Below are positions 6,966 to 15,447 of a stretch of 64,000 bases of DNA, in pieces. Below the pieces are notes generated by a model. The model was not told the origin of the DNA. It did no database searches and saw only the letters and a list, made by a program, of their open reading frames with translations. The position numbers and the translations under genes are program-made. Location of the stretch: IMG/VR virus record IMGVR_UViG_3300030328_002692, positions 1 through 64,000 of that record; one strand, given 5' to 3'. This DNA is from a virus. Position 1 is the stretch's first letter; each line of letters begins with the position of its first letter.

Positions 6966-7199
6966 TTATAATTTACCCCGTTTGGAGAAGAAGCCTCGCT
7001 GAGGTTTTAACATTTGTTCCTTTTGTCTGCGTAATTCTCTCCTGCGAGCAGCGTTTTTTAGGCGTTGTTTCTTCTGTGCAGGTTTTTCATAAAATTCTTT
7101 CTCTCGGAGTGCTTCTAGTTTGCCACTTCTTTTAACTTTATTCCTAAATTGCCTTAACATTCTGTCAAAGTTGGGTTGTTGTGGTCTGCCTCTCCTCAT
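6966..7199 (-). CDS. rpsU: Ribosomal protein bS21 homolog
   Basis: FDRMLRQFRNKVKRSGKLEALREKEFYEKP...AARRR signature. Confidence 0.9.
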   Translation of the reverse strand: MRRGRPQQPNFDRMLRQFRNKVKRSGKLEALREKEFYEKPAQKKQRLKNAARRRELRRQKEQMLKPQRGFFSKRGKL

Positions 7200-7456
7200 C
7201 TATGTTTGCTTTTGCGTGGAATAATTTTCGTTCTGTCTTTATGTATGCTAGTGATAGCGTGAGGTGGTGTTGTCTTGCGAACTTTGATATCTCGCTTGGT
7301 GTCAAATGTCCAACCACGCTTTCTTAAGTAATGAACTTTAGAATGTATCGCTGAAACCGATTTGTTAAAGTGTTTGGCACACTCAGCGGCTGAATGCTTG
7401 CCATACAGTTTCTTTAGTTCGCGAACTTGCTCGTCTGTCCATTTATTATTTTTCAT
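7196..7456 (-). CDS. Small HTH (GcrA/Myb-like) DNA-binding protein
   Basis: WTDEQVRELKKLY...AKHFNKSVSAIHSKV. Confidence 0.75.
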   Translation of the reverse strand: MKNNKWTDEQVRELKKLYGKHSAAECAKHFNKSVSAIHSKVHYLRKRGWTFDTKRDIKVRKTTPPHAITSIHKDRTKIIPRKSKHR

Positions 7457-7462
7457 GAGTGT

Positions 7463-7551
7463 ATTATAGCAAAATTTAAGGTAGAAGTCAAGAACTATTT
7501 TCAGTTGGGGTCAATATATTTCTTGACTTGGCTTCAATATTTTAGTATAAT
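7463..7551. promoter_or_regulatory. Divergent sigma70 promoter pair
   Basis: Minus TTGACT-17-TATAAT at 7491-7463; plus TTGACT-17-TATAAT at 7523-7551. Confidence 0.85.
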
Positions 7552-7557
7552 AATAGT

Positions 7558-8196
7558 ATGAAAAAAGAAATGAACATAACCAAATTAGAAGAACAACAAA
7601 TTCTGCTCAATCAAATCGTAGAGAAAGATTTTGGCAGAGTTGCAGTTATTTTAGAAGGACGCGATACCGCTGGCAAAACAGGGACTATTCGTGAGCTAAC
7701 GCACTACCTTCCGACAAGTAAGTATTCTATATCGCTTAGTACTAAACCTAGTGCTTGGGATATGAAACACTGGCTCAAGTCATGGAAGAAGAAGTTGCCT
7801 AGCAAAAACCAAATAGTATTCTTTGACAGAAGTTGGTATTCTCGTGCTATGGTTCAAAAACTGAATGGCTGGTGCACAGACAAGCAGTATGATAAGTTCA
7901 TGTCTGAAGTAGTAAAGTGGGAAAACAAGCAAAAGGATATTACTTTTATCAAACTATGGCTTAGCATTTCGGAAGAAGAACAAGCTATTAGAATTGGCAC
8001 TAGACAAATATCTCCTTTAACAAAGTGGAAATTCTCACCAAATGACGCTGTTGCACTCTCAAAGTATGACCAAATGACTATCTTAAAAGAGAGAGTATTT
8101 ACAACACTTGGAGAGTGGCACAGTATAGATTACAACGATAAGAGAGCAGGTAGACTTTCTTTGATAACTAGAATAGTTGAAGAACTAAACAAATGA
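7558..8196 (+). CDS. ppk2: Polyphosphate kinase 2
   Basis: EGRDTAGK Walker A, FDRSWY Walker B, KLWLSIS, KWKFSPND. Confidence 0.9.
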   Translation: MKKEMNITKLEEQQILLNQIVEKDFGRVAVILEGRDTAGKTGTIRELTHYLPTSKYSISLSTKPSAWDMKHWLKSWKKKLPSKNQIVFFDRSWYSRAMVQKLNGWCTDKQYDKFMSEVVKWENKQKDITFIKLWLSISEEEQAIRIGTRQISPLTKWKFSPNDAVALSKYDQMTILKERVFTTLGEWHSIDYNDKRAGRLSLITRIVEELNK

Positions 8197-8627
8197 AAAA
8201 GAAAAAAGCAATAATAGTAGACATAGACGGCACTATCGCAACACACTATGATGAAGATGGCTCGCAAATGCGCGAACACCATGATTATAGTCTAGTGATT
8301 GATGATAGGCCGATTCCTGAAATAATTAAACTCGTCAGGCTATATCATGATGCTGGTTATAACATTCTGATAACCTCAGGGCGTATGGATAACAGTAGGC
8401 AATCTACAGTAAATTGGCTTGCGCTATGGAGAGTTCCATATACGGAACTAATCATGCGTAAATTTAAAGACTTCCGACCAGATGATGAAGTGAAGCTAGA
8501 CCTATATGAAGAATATATAGAGCCAGATTACAAAGTAGAAGTAGTGCTAGATGATAGGCAGCGAGTAGTAGATATGTGGAGGCGTATAGGACTCAGATGT
8601 TTGCAGGTTGATTATGGCGATTTTTAG
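8193..8627 (+). CDS. HAD phosphatase (T4 PseT/PNKP phosphatase domain-like)
   Basis: DIDGT, TSGR, RPDDEVK, LDDRQRVVDMWR motifs. Confidence 0.85.
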   Translation: MKKKKAIIVDIDGTIATHYDEDGSQMREHHDYSLVIDDRPIPEIIKLVRLYHDAGYNILITSGRMDNSRQSTVNWLALWRVPYTELIMRKFKDFRPDDEVKLDLYEEYIEPDYKVEVVLDDRQRVVDMWRRIGLRCLQVDYGDF

Positions 8628-8665
8628 TAGTATTAAAACGAAATAAATTTTAAAAGGAATGGTAT

Positions 8666-8809
8666 ATGGATTGGCAAACAGAGATTTGGATTGCTTTCAT
8701 AATATGTGCAGTAGCGCACATATTTTATGGATTAGGCAAAAGACAAGGTATCGGAATGACGCTAGACTATCTTAAACAAGACGGCCAGATAGACTTTGAT
8801 GAGGACTGA
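8666..8809 (+). CDS. 47-aa membrane-anchored protein
   Basis: Manually translated MDWQTEIWIAFIICAVAHIFYGLGKRQG...; AAGGA upstream. Confidence 0.6.
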   Translation: MDWQTEIWIAFIICAVAHIFYGLGKRQGIGMTLDYLKQDGQIDFDED

Positions 8810-8819
8810 AAAATAGTTC

Positions 8820-8848
8820 TTGACATGGTGGTATTTTTTTGATATAAT
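8820..8848 (+). promoter_or_regulatory. Consensus sigma70 promoter
   Basis: TTGACA-17-TATAAT. Confidence 0.85.
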
Positions 8849-8884
8849 AGTATAGTGAAATTGTGATAATTTTACATAGATTTA

Positions 8885-9065
8885 AGCGCAGTAGTGAGTC
8901 TGCCGAAAACAAAACTCACATATGTCTGGCACGAGTAGGAAACACAACGCTTTCCGAGGGCGCGGCAGGAGCCTCACTTCCACCAGTGAGCGGGATTTGT
9001 TAGACATATTTAATATTAACCCGAGTCGCCGAAAGGGACTCATAGCGTGTACCGAAAGGACACAA
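8885..9065 (+). ncRNA. Structured 5' leader/ncRNA upstream of hsp20
   Basis: 12-bp helix 8920-8931/8998-9009, pseudoknot ctgccg/cggcag, two GAAA-tetraloop hairpins. Confidence 0.6.
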
Positions 9066-9078
9066 ACAGGAGAATGAA

Positions 9079-9504
9079 ATGACAGGATTAACTGCATTTA
9101 ATGACTTTGACAAATTATTTGTCGGATTTGATCGCTTAAATAGAGAATTAGCAAACAGGATTGAAAGAGCCCCAGTAACTAACTATCCAAGATACAACAT
9201 AGTGGCTGTAGGTAAAGAAGCCTACAGAATAGAAATGGCACTGCCAGGTTGGTCAAAAGATGATATCGACATTAAGCAACACAAGAATAAACTTACCATA
9301 GAGGGAAAAGAGAAACAAGAATTAGATTCTGATAAGGAACACTATATCCATAAAGGGTTAAGTGGTAAGACCTTTAGTAGAATTTTTACATTGGGAGATT
9401 GGGTAGAGATATCCGATGCTGGTTTTCAAAATGGTATGTTAGTTATAAACCTACAGGTAAACTTACCTGATGAAGAAAAGCCCAGAACGATAAGTATAGG
9501 CTAG
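9079..9504 (+). CDS. Small heat shock protein Hsp20/IbpA family
   Basis: NYPRYNI, YRIEMALPG, YIHKGLS, F.RIFTL, NGMLVI motifs. Confidence 0.95.
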   Translation: MTGLTAFNDFDKLFVGFDRLNRELANRIERAPVTNYPRYNIVAVGKEAYRIEMALPGWSKDDIDIKQHKNKLTIEGKEKQELDSDKEHYIHKGLSGKTFSRIFTLGDWVEISDAGFQNGMLVINLQVNLPDEEKPRTISIG

Positions 9505-9513
9505 GAGAACGCA

Positions 9514-9660
9514 ATGCAAAAGGCAAAACGATTCTTTAATCGTCTTGCTAGTTCGCAGGCGATCAAAGAAGTAAATAGAAATAGTGATGAATTATGGTCT
9601 TTAACAATGATGATATTTGTTTTTTGGTTTATGTTCATTGCTATGCTACCAATAATGTAG
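9514..9660 (+). CDS. 48-aa protein with C-terminal TM helix
   Basis: AGGAG SD; ...LWSLTMMIFVFWFMFIAMLPIM. Confidence 0.6.
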   Translation: MQKAKRFFNRLASSQAIKEVNRNSDELWSLTMMIFVFWFMFIAMLPIM

Positions 9661-9738
9661 CAAATGAAAACTAGAGCCATCTCAGTAGCAATTCAGTTCT
9701 TGAATCAGCTATTGAGGTGCTCACCTAATAGGAGAATT

Positions 9739-10164
9739 ATGAAAATAGGACATGAAGGACTTGAAATGATAAAACATTTTGAAGGACTAGAATTAGAAGC
9801 GTACAAATGCCCAGCAGGTGTTTGGACAATAGGTTATGGGCATATTAAAGGTGTGCAAGAAGGCGACGTAATTACAGAGCAACAAGCAGACGATATGCTA
9901 GTAGAGGAACTAAATGAGTATGAAAACTATATAAATGATATGGTTAGTTGTCCTTTATCACAAAATCAATTCGACGCGTTGGTTTCATGGGTTTATAATC
10001 TTGGACCCGCCAACTTAAAAGCCTCAACACTTTTAAAGGTGTTAAATGCAGGCGACTATGCTGGAGTCCCAGCACAAATTATGAGATGGAATAAGGCAGG
10101 AGGTAAAGTTCTTGAAGGACTTACTCGCCGTAGACAAGCGGAGGCTGACTTATTTGAAAATTAA
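9739..10164 (+). CDS. Endolysin, GH24 phage lysozyme
   Basis: FEG...AYKCPAGVWTIGYGH, QFDALVSWVYNLG, GLTRRRQAE; AGGAG SD before ATG 9739. Confidence 0.95.
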   Translation: MKIGHEGLEMIKHFEGLELEAYKCPAGVWTIGYGHIKGVQEGDVITEQQADDMLVEELNEYENYINDMVSCPLSQNQFDALVSWVYNLGPANLKASTLLKVLNAGDYAGVPAQIMRWNKAGGKVLEGLTRRRQAEADLFEN

Positions 10165-10315
10165 ATTTGAAGGTAAAGAATACGCAATAGGACAAGAAAT
10201 GTGGGACGCTATGAACGCGCAAGCAGCAGAAAGAGGAATGACTATTGATGAGTATATAAGTGAAGCCTTCACATTACTAAAGGAGAAAGATGCCAAACAC
10301 AAACCAGAACAATGA
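10154..10315 (+). CDS. Small protein, possible ribbon-helix-helix
   Basis: GGAGG SD plus TTG; AAERGMTIDEYI. Confidence 0.55.
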   Translation: MKIKFEGKEYAIGQEMWDAMNAQAAERGMTIDEYISEAFTLLKEKDAKHKPEQ

Positions 10316-10526
10316 GCATGAAGAATATTCTACCTATGTTAAAGGTAATAGAATAGCTCATGTAATAAAACATAGAAAGAGCGGAAGTTGGGGTGTTCAT
10401 TTAATACAAGATAATAAGCTACCCGGGCTAATTGAATACTACCCTACTAAAAGCGAAGGGTGGGCAGAAAACTGTGCCGAGAATTTTGTAGAAGGAATAA
10501 AGAATTGGACAGTAGACTACCGATAG
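10290..10526 (+). CDS. Hypothetical protein
   Basis: AAGGAG SD; KSEGWAENCAENFV. Confidence 0.7.
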   Translation: MPNTNQNNEHEEYSTYVKGNRIAHVIKHRKSGSWGVHLIQDNKLPGLIEYYPTKSEGWAENCAENFVEGIKNWTVDYR

Positions 10527-10622
10527 AAAATGAAGTAGTAATTCTACGAAGCAATTTAAAAATGCTTCAAGGACAACTACAAGACGCATACAAACGGGTG
10601 CACGAATTAACGGAACAAATAA

Positions 10623-10919
10623 ATGACTTGGATAAACGACAAGAAATGGCAAAAAGAGTCAGATGAGTGGATAAAAATGACAGACAAAAACAGGGAAATG
10701 AAAGAAAAAAGGAACAAAAATAAACAGATTCAGGGATATAAAGTTGAAATTATATTTACACAACCTTTAAATGCCCCAGACCCCTTTGATTGGATTTCAG
10801 AGGCAATGGACGAAGGAAATTTTAAGTATAAAACTGAAGCAGTTCACGCAACATCAGTAGAGCCTATTGATATTGAAAGTGATGAATATAAGTGGTTGCG
10901 TGATGCAAGCACAAGCTAG
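10623..10919 (+). CDS. Hypothetical protein
   Basis: ORF track; fits operon packing. Confidence 0.6.
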   Translation: MTWINDKKWQKESDEWIKMTDKNREMKEKRNKNKQIQGYKVEIIFTQPLNAPDPFDWISEAMDEGNFKYKTEAVHATSVEPIDIESDEYKWLRDASTS

Positions 10920-10942
10920 GTAAAACTAGAGAGAGAACTAAA

Positions 10943-11314
10943 ATGGCAGATGAAAGATTTTCTGGAGATATGAGCCGTAATGAAGTTGAGATAGACCTTA
11001 ACAAGTTCATGGCAATGGTTTCCGAAATAGGAGAACTTAAGCAGACCATAATGGAAATGGAAAATGAGAAAGAGCCTGATAATCCTTATCAAAAATGGAT
11101 TTGGCTTTCAAATATGATAGACGCATGGAGAATATTCCCAAGAGCGTTTTTAAGTATTTATATTTTCTTACTTTACTATTCAACAATGTGGTTTATGGGA
11201 CTTGAAGACCCAACATTAGAACAGTCAGGTTTGATTTCGGTTATAGTTGGAGCAGGCGCAGCTTGGTTTGGACTATATGCTGGAACAGCTAAAGATAAAA
11301 TAAACAGTAAGTAA
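10943..11314 (+). CDS. Two-TM membrane protein, possible holin
   Basis: IDAWRIFPR plus two hydrophobic helices; near the endolysin. Confidence 0.55.
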   Translation: MADERFSGDMSRNEVEIDLNKFMAMVSEIGELKQTIMEMENEKEPDNPYQKWIWLSNMIDAWRIFPRAFLSIYIFLLYYSTMWFMGLEDPTLEQSGLISVIVGAGAAWFGLYAGTAKDKINSK

Positions 11315-11320
11315 GTGAAA

Positions 11321-11440
11321 ATGGACGACATAGAGAAAGTTCACCCAATGAGGCAAATAGTAGCAGTATCTATAATTCAGGTATTAATATTAGCTTTCAT
11401 GGGTGTTTCTATGTCGCTCATTAATTACTTTTTCTCATGA
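11321..11440 (+). CDS. 39-aa membrane peptide
   Basis: Manually translated; ATGA overlap with the next gene. Confidence 0.45.
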   Translation: MDDIEKVHPMRQIVAVSIIQVLILAFMGVSMSLINYFFS

Positions 11441-11736
11441 GTAAAGGCAGTACTAGACGCCCAGGCAATCAAAATGATTATGCTAAAGCATGGGATAAAA
11501 TATTTGGAAAGAAGATGAAAGTAGAAATTTATAGTAAAGACCATTGTCCATTCTGCGACAAGGCAATAGCGTTAGCAAAGATGAAGGACATGGACTTAAC
11601 AGTTAAAAAGTTAAGTGTAGATTTTAATCTTCACGACTTACTTGAAGTAGCTCCCAACGCTAGAACATTCCCACAAATTTTTATAGATGGGGAGAATATT
11701 GGTGGATATACCGAGTTCTCTAAAATGTATGGTTAA
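11437..11736 (+). CDS. Glutaredoxin with N-terminal extension (alternative start 11515)
   Basis: CPFC, TFPQIF, IGGY motifs. Confidence 0.9.
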   Translation: MSKGSTRRPGNQNDYAKAWDKIFGKKMKVEIYSKDHCPFCDKAIALAKMKDMDLTVKKLSVDFNLHDLLEVAPNARTFPQIFIDGENIGGYTEFSKMYG

Positions 11737-12271
11737 AATATTTGATAATGTATTAACAGAAGACGCTAGAGAAGGATTATATATGTTCTCGGTGGAAGCT
11801 GATTATCAAATAGGTTGGGGCGACTTATCTACTTTTGAAACAAGGCAATACCCTTGTCTACACCACACATTAACTAAAAGTGAGTGGTCTAGTAGTAAGT
11901 TTATAGAGAGCATAATAAACCCGAAGTTAATGACTGAATTAGAAGGATTAGTCTTTGATTCAGCAACTATTAACCTTAGCTTCCCTTCTTCAATTCAATT
12001 TCCCCATACACATGGAGATATTAAAGTATTAGTTTACTATATAAATCCTGATTGGAGAAATGAATTTTATGGAGAAACTATCTTTTATAACGATAGTATG
12101 AGTGAAGCTGAACAAAGTGTTTTATATAAACCAAATAGAGCAATTCTTTTCGATGGAAGTGTCCCCCACTCCATTAGACCTGCCTCACACATAGCACCAC
12201 AATACAGATTCACTCTCGGAATCTTTTTCAAACAACCCAACTTTATAGAAGAAGCAAAAAATAATACTTGA
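11729..12271 (+). CDS. 2OG-Fe(II) oxygenase-like protein
   Basis: VYYINPDW...YGETIF...PNRAILFDG..PH...R. Confidence 0.8.
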   Translation: MVKIFDNVLTEDAREGLYMFSVEADYQIGWGDLSTFETRQYPCLHHTLTKSEWSSSKFIESIINPKLMTELEGLVFDSATINLSFPSSIQFPHTHGDIKVLVYYINPDWRNEFYGETIFYNDSMSEAEQSVLYKPNRAILFDGSVPHSIRPASHIAPQYRFTLGIFFKQPNFIEEAKNNT

Positions 12272-12296
12272 CACAGCACTCAAAATTTAGTATAAT
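12268..12296 (+). promoter_or_regulatory. Consensus sigma70 promoter
   Basis: TTGACA-17-TATAAT. Confidence 0.85.
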
Positions 12297-12302
12297 ATCA
12301 TT

Positions 12303-12842
12303 ATGAATATTTTTATACTTGACGAAAACATAGAGCAGTGTGCGAAAGCTCATGTGGACAAGCATTGTGTAAAAATGATATTAGAGTCTGCGCAAATGCT
12401 TTGCACGACACATTGGATTAACAAGTATCTAGGACATATACCGAGAAAATTAACAACAGATGAATGGAATGAAGTCAAAAAACAAAAACAAAACGAGCCT
12501 AGGGATTACCCTTACCTTCCTGTTATGCACAATCACCCTTGTAGTATATGGGTACGCGAAAGTCTCGACAACTATGAGTGGCTCTACAATTTGGCATACG
12601 AACTCAATGAAGAATACGGACATAGATATGGAAAATCACATAAATCAATGCGTGAGGTTATCGCTAACTTACCCGACATCGCCATACCACAACTTGGACT
12701 TACACCATTTGTACAGGCTATGCCAGAGGAGTTACAAGGCGAAGACGCAGTCGAAGCTTACCGAAGATACTACCGAGTAGAAAAATCACGGTTAGCATTT
12801 TGGACTAAAAGAAAACAACCAGATTGGTGGGAGATAAATTGA
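12303..12842 (+). CDS. Pyrimidine-dimer DNA glycosylase-like protein
   Basis: MNIFILD...HVDKHCVKMILESAQML, HNHPCSIW, AYRRYY. Confidence 0.85.
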   Translation: MNIFILDENIEQCAKAHVDKHCVKMILESAQMLCTTHWINKYLGHIPRKLTTDEWNEVKKQKQNEPRDYPYLPVMHNHPCSIWVRESLDNYEWLYNLAYELNEEYGHRYGKSHKSMREVIANLPDIAIPQLGLTPFVQAMPEELQGEDAVEAYRRYYRVEKSRLAFWTKRKQPDWWEIN

Positions 12843-13006
12843 GATTATTAGTAGAAACATTTAAAGACGGAAAAGTCAGAGTATTTAGGGACAGGTCATT
12901 AGTTGGCATACCTAGATGGATAGTAGAAGATAAAATAAATAACAGCACAACAATATATAATAAGTTGTGGTATAAGTGGACAGACATAAGGAAAATATAC
13001 GAATGA
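12824..13006 (+). CDS. Hypothetical protein
   Basis: Fills the gap, ATGA-coupled to mazG. Confidence 0.5.
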   Translation: MVGDKLRLLVETFKDGKVRVFRDRSLVGIPRWIVEDKINNSTTIYNKLWYKWTDIRKIYE

Positions 13007-13455
13007 CAGAAGAAAAATTTAACGACTACGCAAGATTCGTAGCAACAACAACATCAGAAATGAGCAAGAACACATTAGGACTTTCTAGCAGAATATTAAG
13101 ACTAGAAGGCACTACATCGCACACCACCGATAATAGTGGTGAAACTATAAGAACAGCCGACATACACATGGCAACACTACTAACTTCAGTAATAGGAATG
13201 TTAGCAGAAAGTGGAGAATTTGCAGAAGTAGTAAAGAAAAAACTATTTCAAGCAGATACAAATTTCACTGATGATGAAATATTCCATATGAAAAGAGAGT
13301 TGGGAGATGTTTTATGGTATTGGGTACAAGGCTGCACAGCATTAGGTTTTACACCTGATGAAGTGATGGACGAAAACATCAGAAAACTAGAGCAAAGATA
13401 TCCTAACGGATTTGAAGTAGTTCGCTCAGAAGTGAGAGCTGATGGCGATATTTAA
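13003..13455 (+). CDS. mazG: MazG-like NTP pyrophosphohydrolase
   Basis: GMLAESGEFAEVVKK, ELGDVLWY, NIRKLEQRYP. Confidence 0.9.
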   Translation: MTEEKFNDYARFVATTTSEMSKNTLGLSSRILRLEGTTSHTTDNSGETIRTADIHMATLLTSVIGMLAESGEFAEVVKKKLFQADTNFTDDEIFHMKRELGDVLWYWVQGCTALGFTPDEVMDENIRKLEQRYPNGFEVVRSEVRADGDI

Positions 13456-13726
13456 CAAGAAAAAACCTATTGAGTATAAATTTGACGAAGATAGGATACT
13501 CACAGTAGCACAATTATATATTGATAAAACATATAATGAACACTATGCAGGTAAAACACAAGCAACTGAGTTTATTTCAGATTCAGGGCATGGAGAGGGT
13601 TTTTGTGTCGGTAATATCATAAAATACGCAAGTAGATTTGGTAAGAAATCGGGCAAAAACAAGTTAGATATTTTAAAGATAATACATTATGCAGTAATAT
13701 TATATAGTATAGATGAAACAGACTAG
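13442..13726 (+). CDS. DUF3310/T7 gp1.7-like protein
   Basis: HY...GFCVGNIIKYASRFGKK...DILKIIHY. Confidence 0.75.
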   Translation: MAIFNKKKPIEYKFDEDRILTVAQLYIDKTYNEHYAGKTQATEFISDSGHGEGFCVGNIIKYASRFGKKSGKNKLDILKIIHYAVILYSIDETD

Positions 13727-14426
13727 AAAAAGAGATTATGAAAAACTAGACGAGGCTAATATCAGTAGAGTAATTACTCTATTAGAAGATGAAAAACCTA
13801 TAACTAAAAAAGTTGCCTGCGAAATGTTAAATATTAGTTATAATACTACTAGATTAGGAAATATTATAGCTGAACATAAAGATATAGTAGAGTATAGAGC
13901 CACTCGTAAGGCTCAGAATAGAGGTAAAAGAGCAACAGACCTTGAAAAGAAAGACGCTATTGAGAGATACCTAGATGGACAGGCAATCTCAGAAATAGCA
14001 CAAGGTATGTATAGGTCTACTACTTTTATTCGTAATTTAATTGATAACATTGGTGTGCCGCAGAAAGTAGCAAAATCAGAGTTGTCAGTATATAGGAACA
14101 AAACACCTATGCTGCCAGAACAATGTGTAGCAGATAGTTTTGAAATTAATGAAAGGGTATGGAGTGCCCGCTATAACTCCATAGCTATAATTAAGAATGA
14201 ATTAACTCTTGCTTATCAACAAGAAAGAGCAGGATATAGTAATCCCATAGATTACGAAGAAAAATATGGAGCCAAGTACTATAATATGTTTGTTATTACT
14301 ATGACAGACTTTGATACAAAGTATTTTGGCTGGCAAGAAATTGGCGGATTTTGGTCTGGAGCACTCGCTTACGATTTAGGTAGTTTAAGACATTTAAAAG
14401 AATACGGAATAGACATCTATAAATAA
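13713..14426 (+). CDS. D2: T5 D2-like protein
   Basis: TKKVACEMLNISYNTTRL, DLGSLRHL; syntenic position. Confidence 0.75.
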   Translation: MKQTRKRDYEKLDEANISRVITLLEDEKPITKKVACEMLNISYNTTRLGNIIAEHKDIVEYRATRKAQNRGKRATDLEKKDAIERYLDGQAISEIAQGMYRSTTFIRNLIDNIGVPQKVAKSELSVYRNKTPMLPEQCVADSFEINERVWSARYNSIAIIKNELTLAYQQERAGYSNPIDYEEKYGAKYYNMFVITMTDFDTKYFGWQEIGGFWSGALAYDLGSLRHLKEYGIDIYK

Positions 14427-14437
14427 GGAGAAACGCG

Positions 14438-14695
14438 ATGGACGTACTAACAGGTATTGGTGCGTTTTGGTTGTCGACTTGGGTTATGATACTTTTTAGA
14501 ACAGTAAGTATTGTAGACAAATTAGTTGACACTTATGAAATCACTTTAATACAAAAATATAGAGCATTTCATTATATTATATATGCTTTTTCTACATTAC
14601 TGATAGCCCCTTTACTGTGGCAAATAGTAGTGTCAGATTATAGTAGGAAAAAGTTTATAATATCTTATGTAGATGCCTTAAGGAAAAGAAAATGA
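14438..14695 (+). CDS. Membrane protein
   Basis: AAGGAG SD; two hydrophobic segments. Confidence 0.7.
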   Translation: MDVLTGIGAFWLSTWVMILFRTVSIVDKLVDTYEITLIQKYRAFHYIIYAFSTLLIAPLLWQIVVSDYSRKKFIISYVDALRKRK

Positions 14696-14904
14696 ATTAT
14701 TTATTAATAGCACTTTGTGATAAACTAGAAGCTGAGATAGCTGTGGCTGAAGCAAATATACAGGTATATATGAGCAACCCTGCGGGGATTGGCGAACACC
14801 CTGATATAGTTCAAGCTATAGAAACTCAGGTCGAGGCTATTGCTAATGCAGAAGACAAACTTCATGCAATTCATGAGCATTTTGGTCATGGAAAAGAAAA
14901 ATAG
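14692..14904 (+). CDS. Conserved small phage protein
   Basis: NPAGIGEHPDIV motif. Confidence 0.75.
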   Translation: MNYLLIALCDKLEAEIAVAEANIQVYMSNPAGIGEHPDIVQAIETQVEAIANAEDKLHAIHEHFGHGKEK

Positions 14905-14907
14905 TTC

Positions 14908-14936
14908 TTGACTCGGCACTTATAATATTGTATAAT
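14908..14936 (+). promoter_or_regulatory. sigma70 promoter
   Basis: TTGACT-17-TATAAT. Confidence 0.85.
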
Positions 14937-14943
14937 AGATATT

Positions 14944-15390
14944 ATGAGTGATAGATTTTATCAACAAATGAGAGATGCGACAGGTTGGGCACCAGGCCTA
15001 CCTGAGCACTACAAAAAAACTAGGAGAAGACGAATGGCATGGACAGATGAATCCAAAGCACAAGCCGTTGAAATGTATACAGACGCTGAGGCAACCCCAG
15101 AAACAAGTATGGAGATTGTCAAGGATATAGCTGAAGAATTAGGAGAAAGTCCTAATGGAGTCAGAATGATTCTTACCAAAGCTGGTGTGTATGTTAAGAA
15201 ATCCCCTGCTACAAGTTCTAGCAAATCATCAACAGGTGGTGGAACTAGAGTTAGTAAAGCTGATGCAGCCGCTGCTTTAAGCGCAGCTATCAGTGACGCA
15301 GGTCAAGAAATTGATGATGACATTATCAGTAAATTAACTGGTAAGGCTTCAGTATATTTCACAGGGATTATCAACGCAATCAACGACTAA
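14944..15390 (+). CDS. D3: T5 D3-like DNA-binding protein (SD-led internal start 15034)
   Basis: MAWTDE...SMEIVKDIAEELGESPNGVRMILTKAGVYVKK. Confidence 0.8.
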   Translation: MSDRFYQQMRDATGWAPGLPEHYKKTRRRRMAWTDESKAQAVEMYTDAEATPETSMEIVKDIAEELGESPNGVRMILTKAGVYVKKSPATSSSKSSTGGGTRVSKADAAAALSAAISDAGQEIDDDIISKLTGKASVYFTGIINAIND

Positions 15391-15447
15391 TTAATACAAC
15401 CAATTACTAACGAGAAAGAGTTTTCTTAATAGTAATTGGAGTATTAA

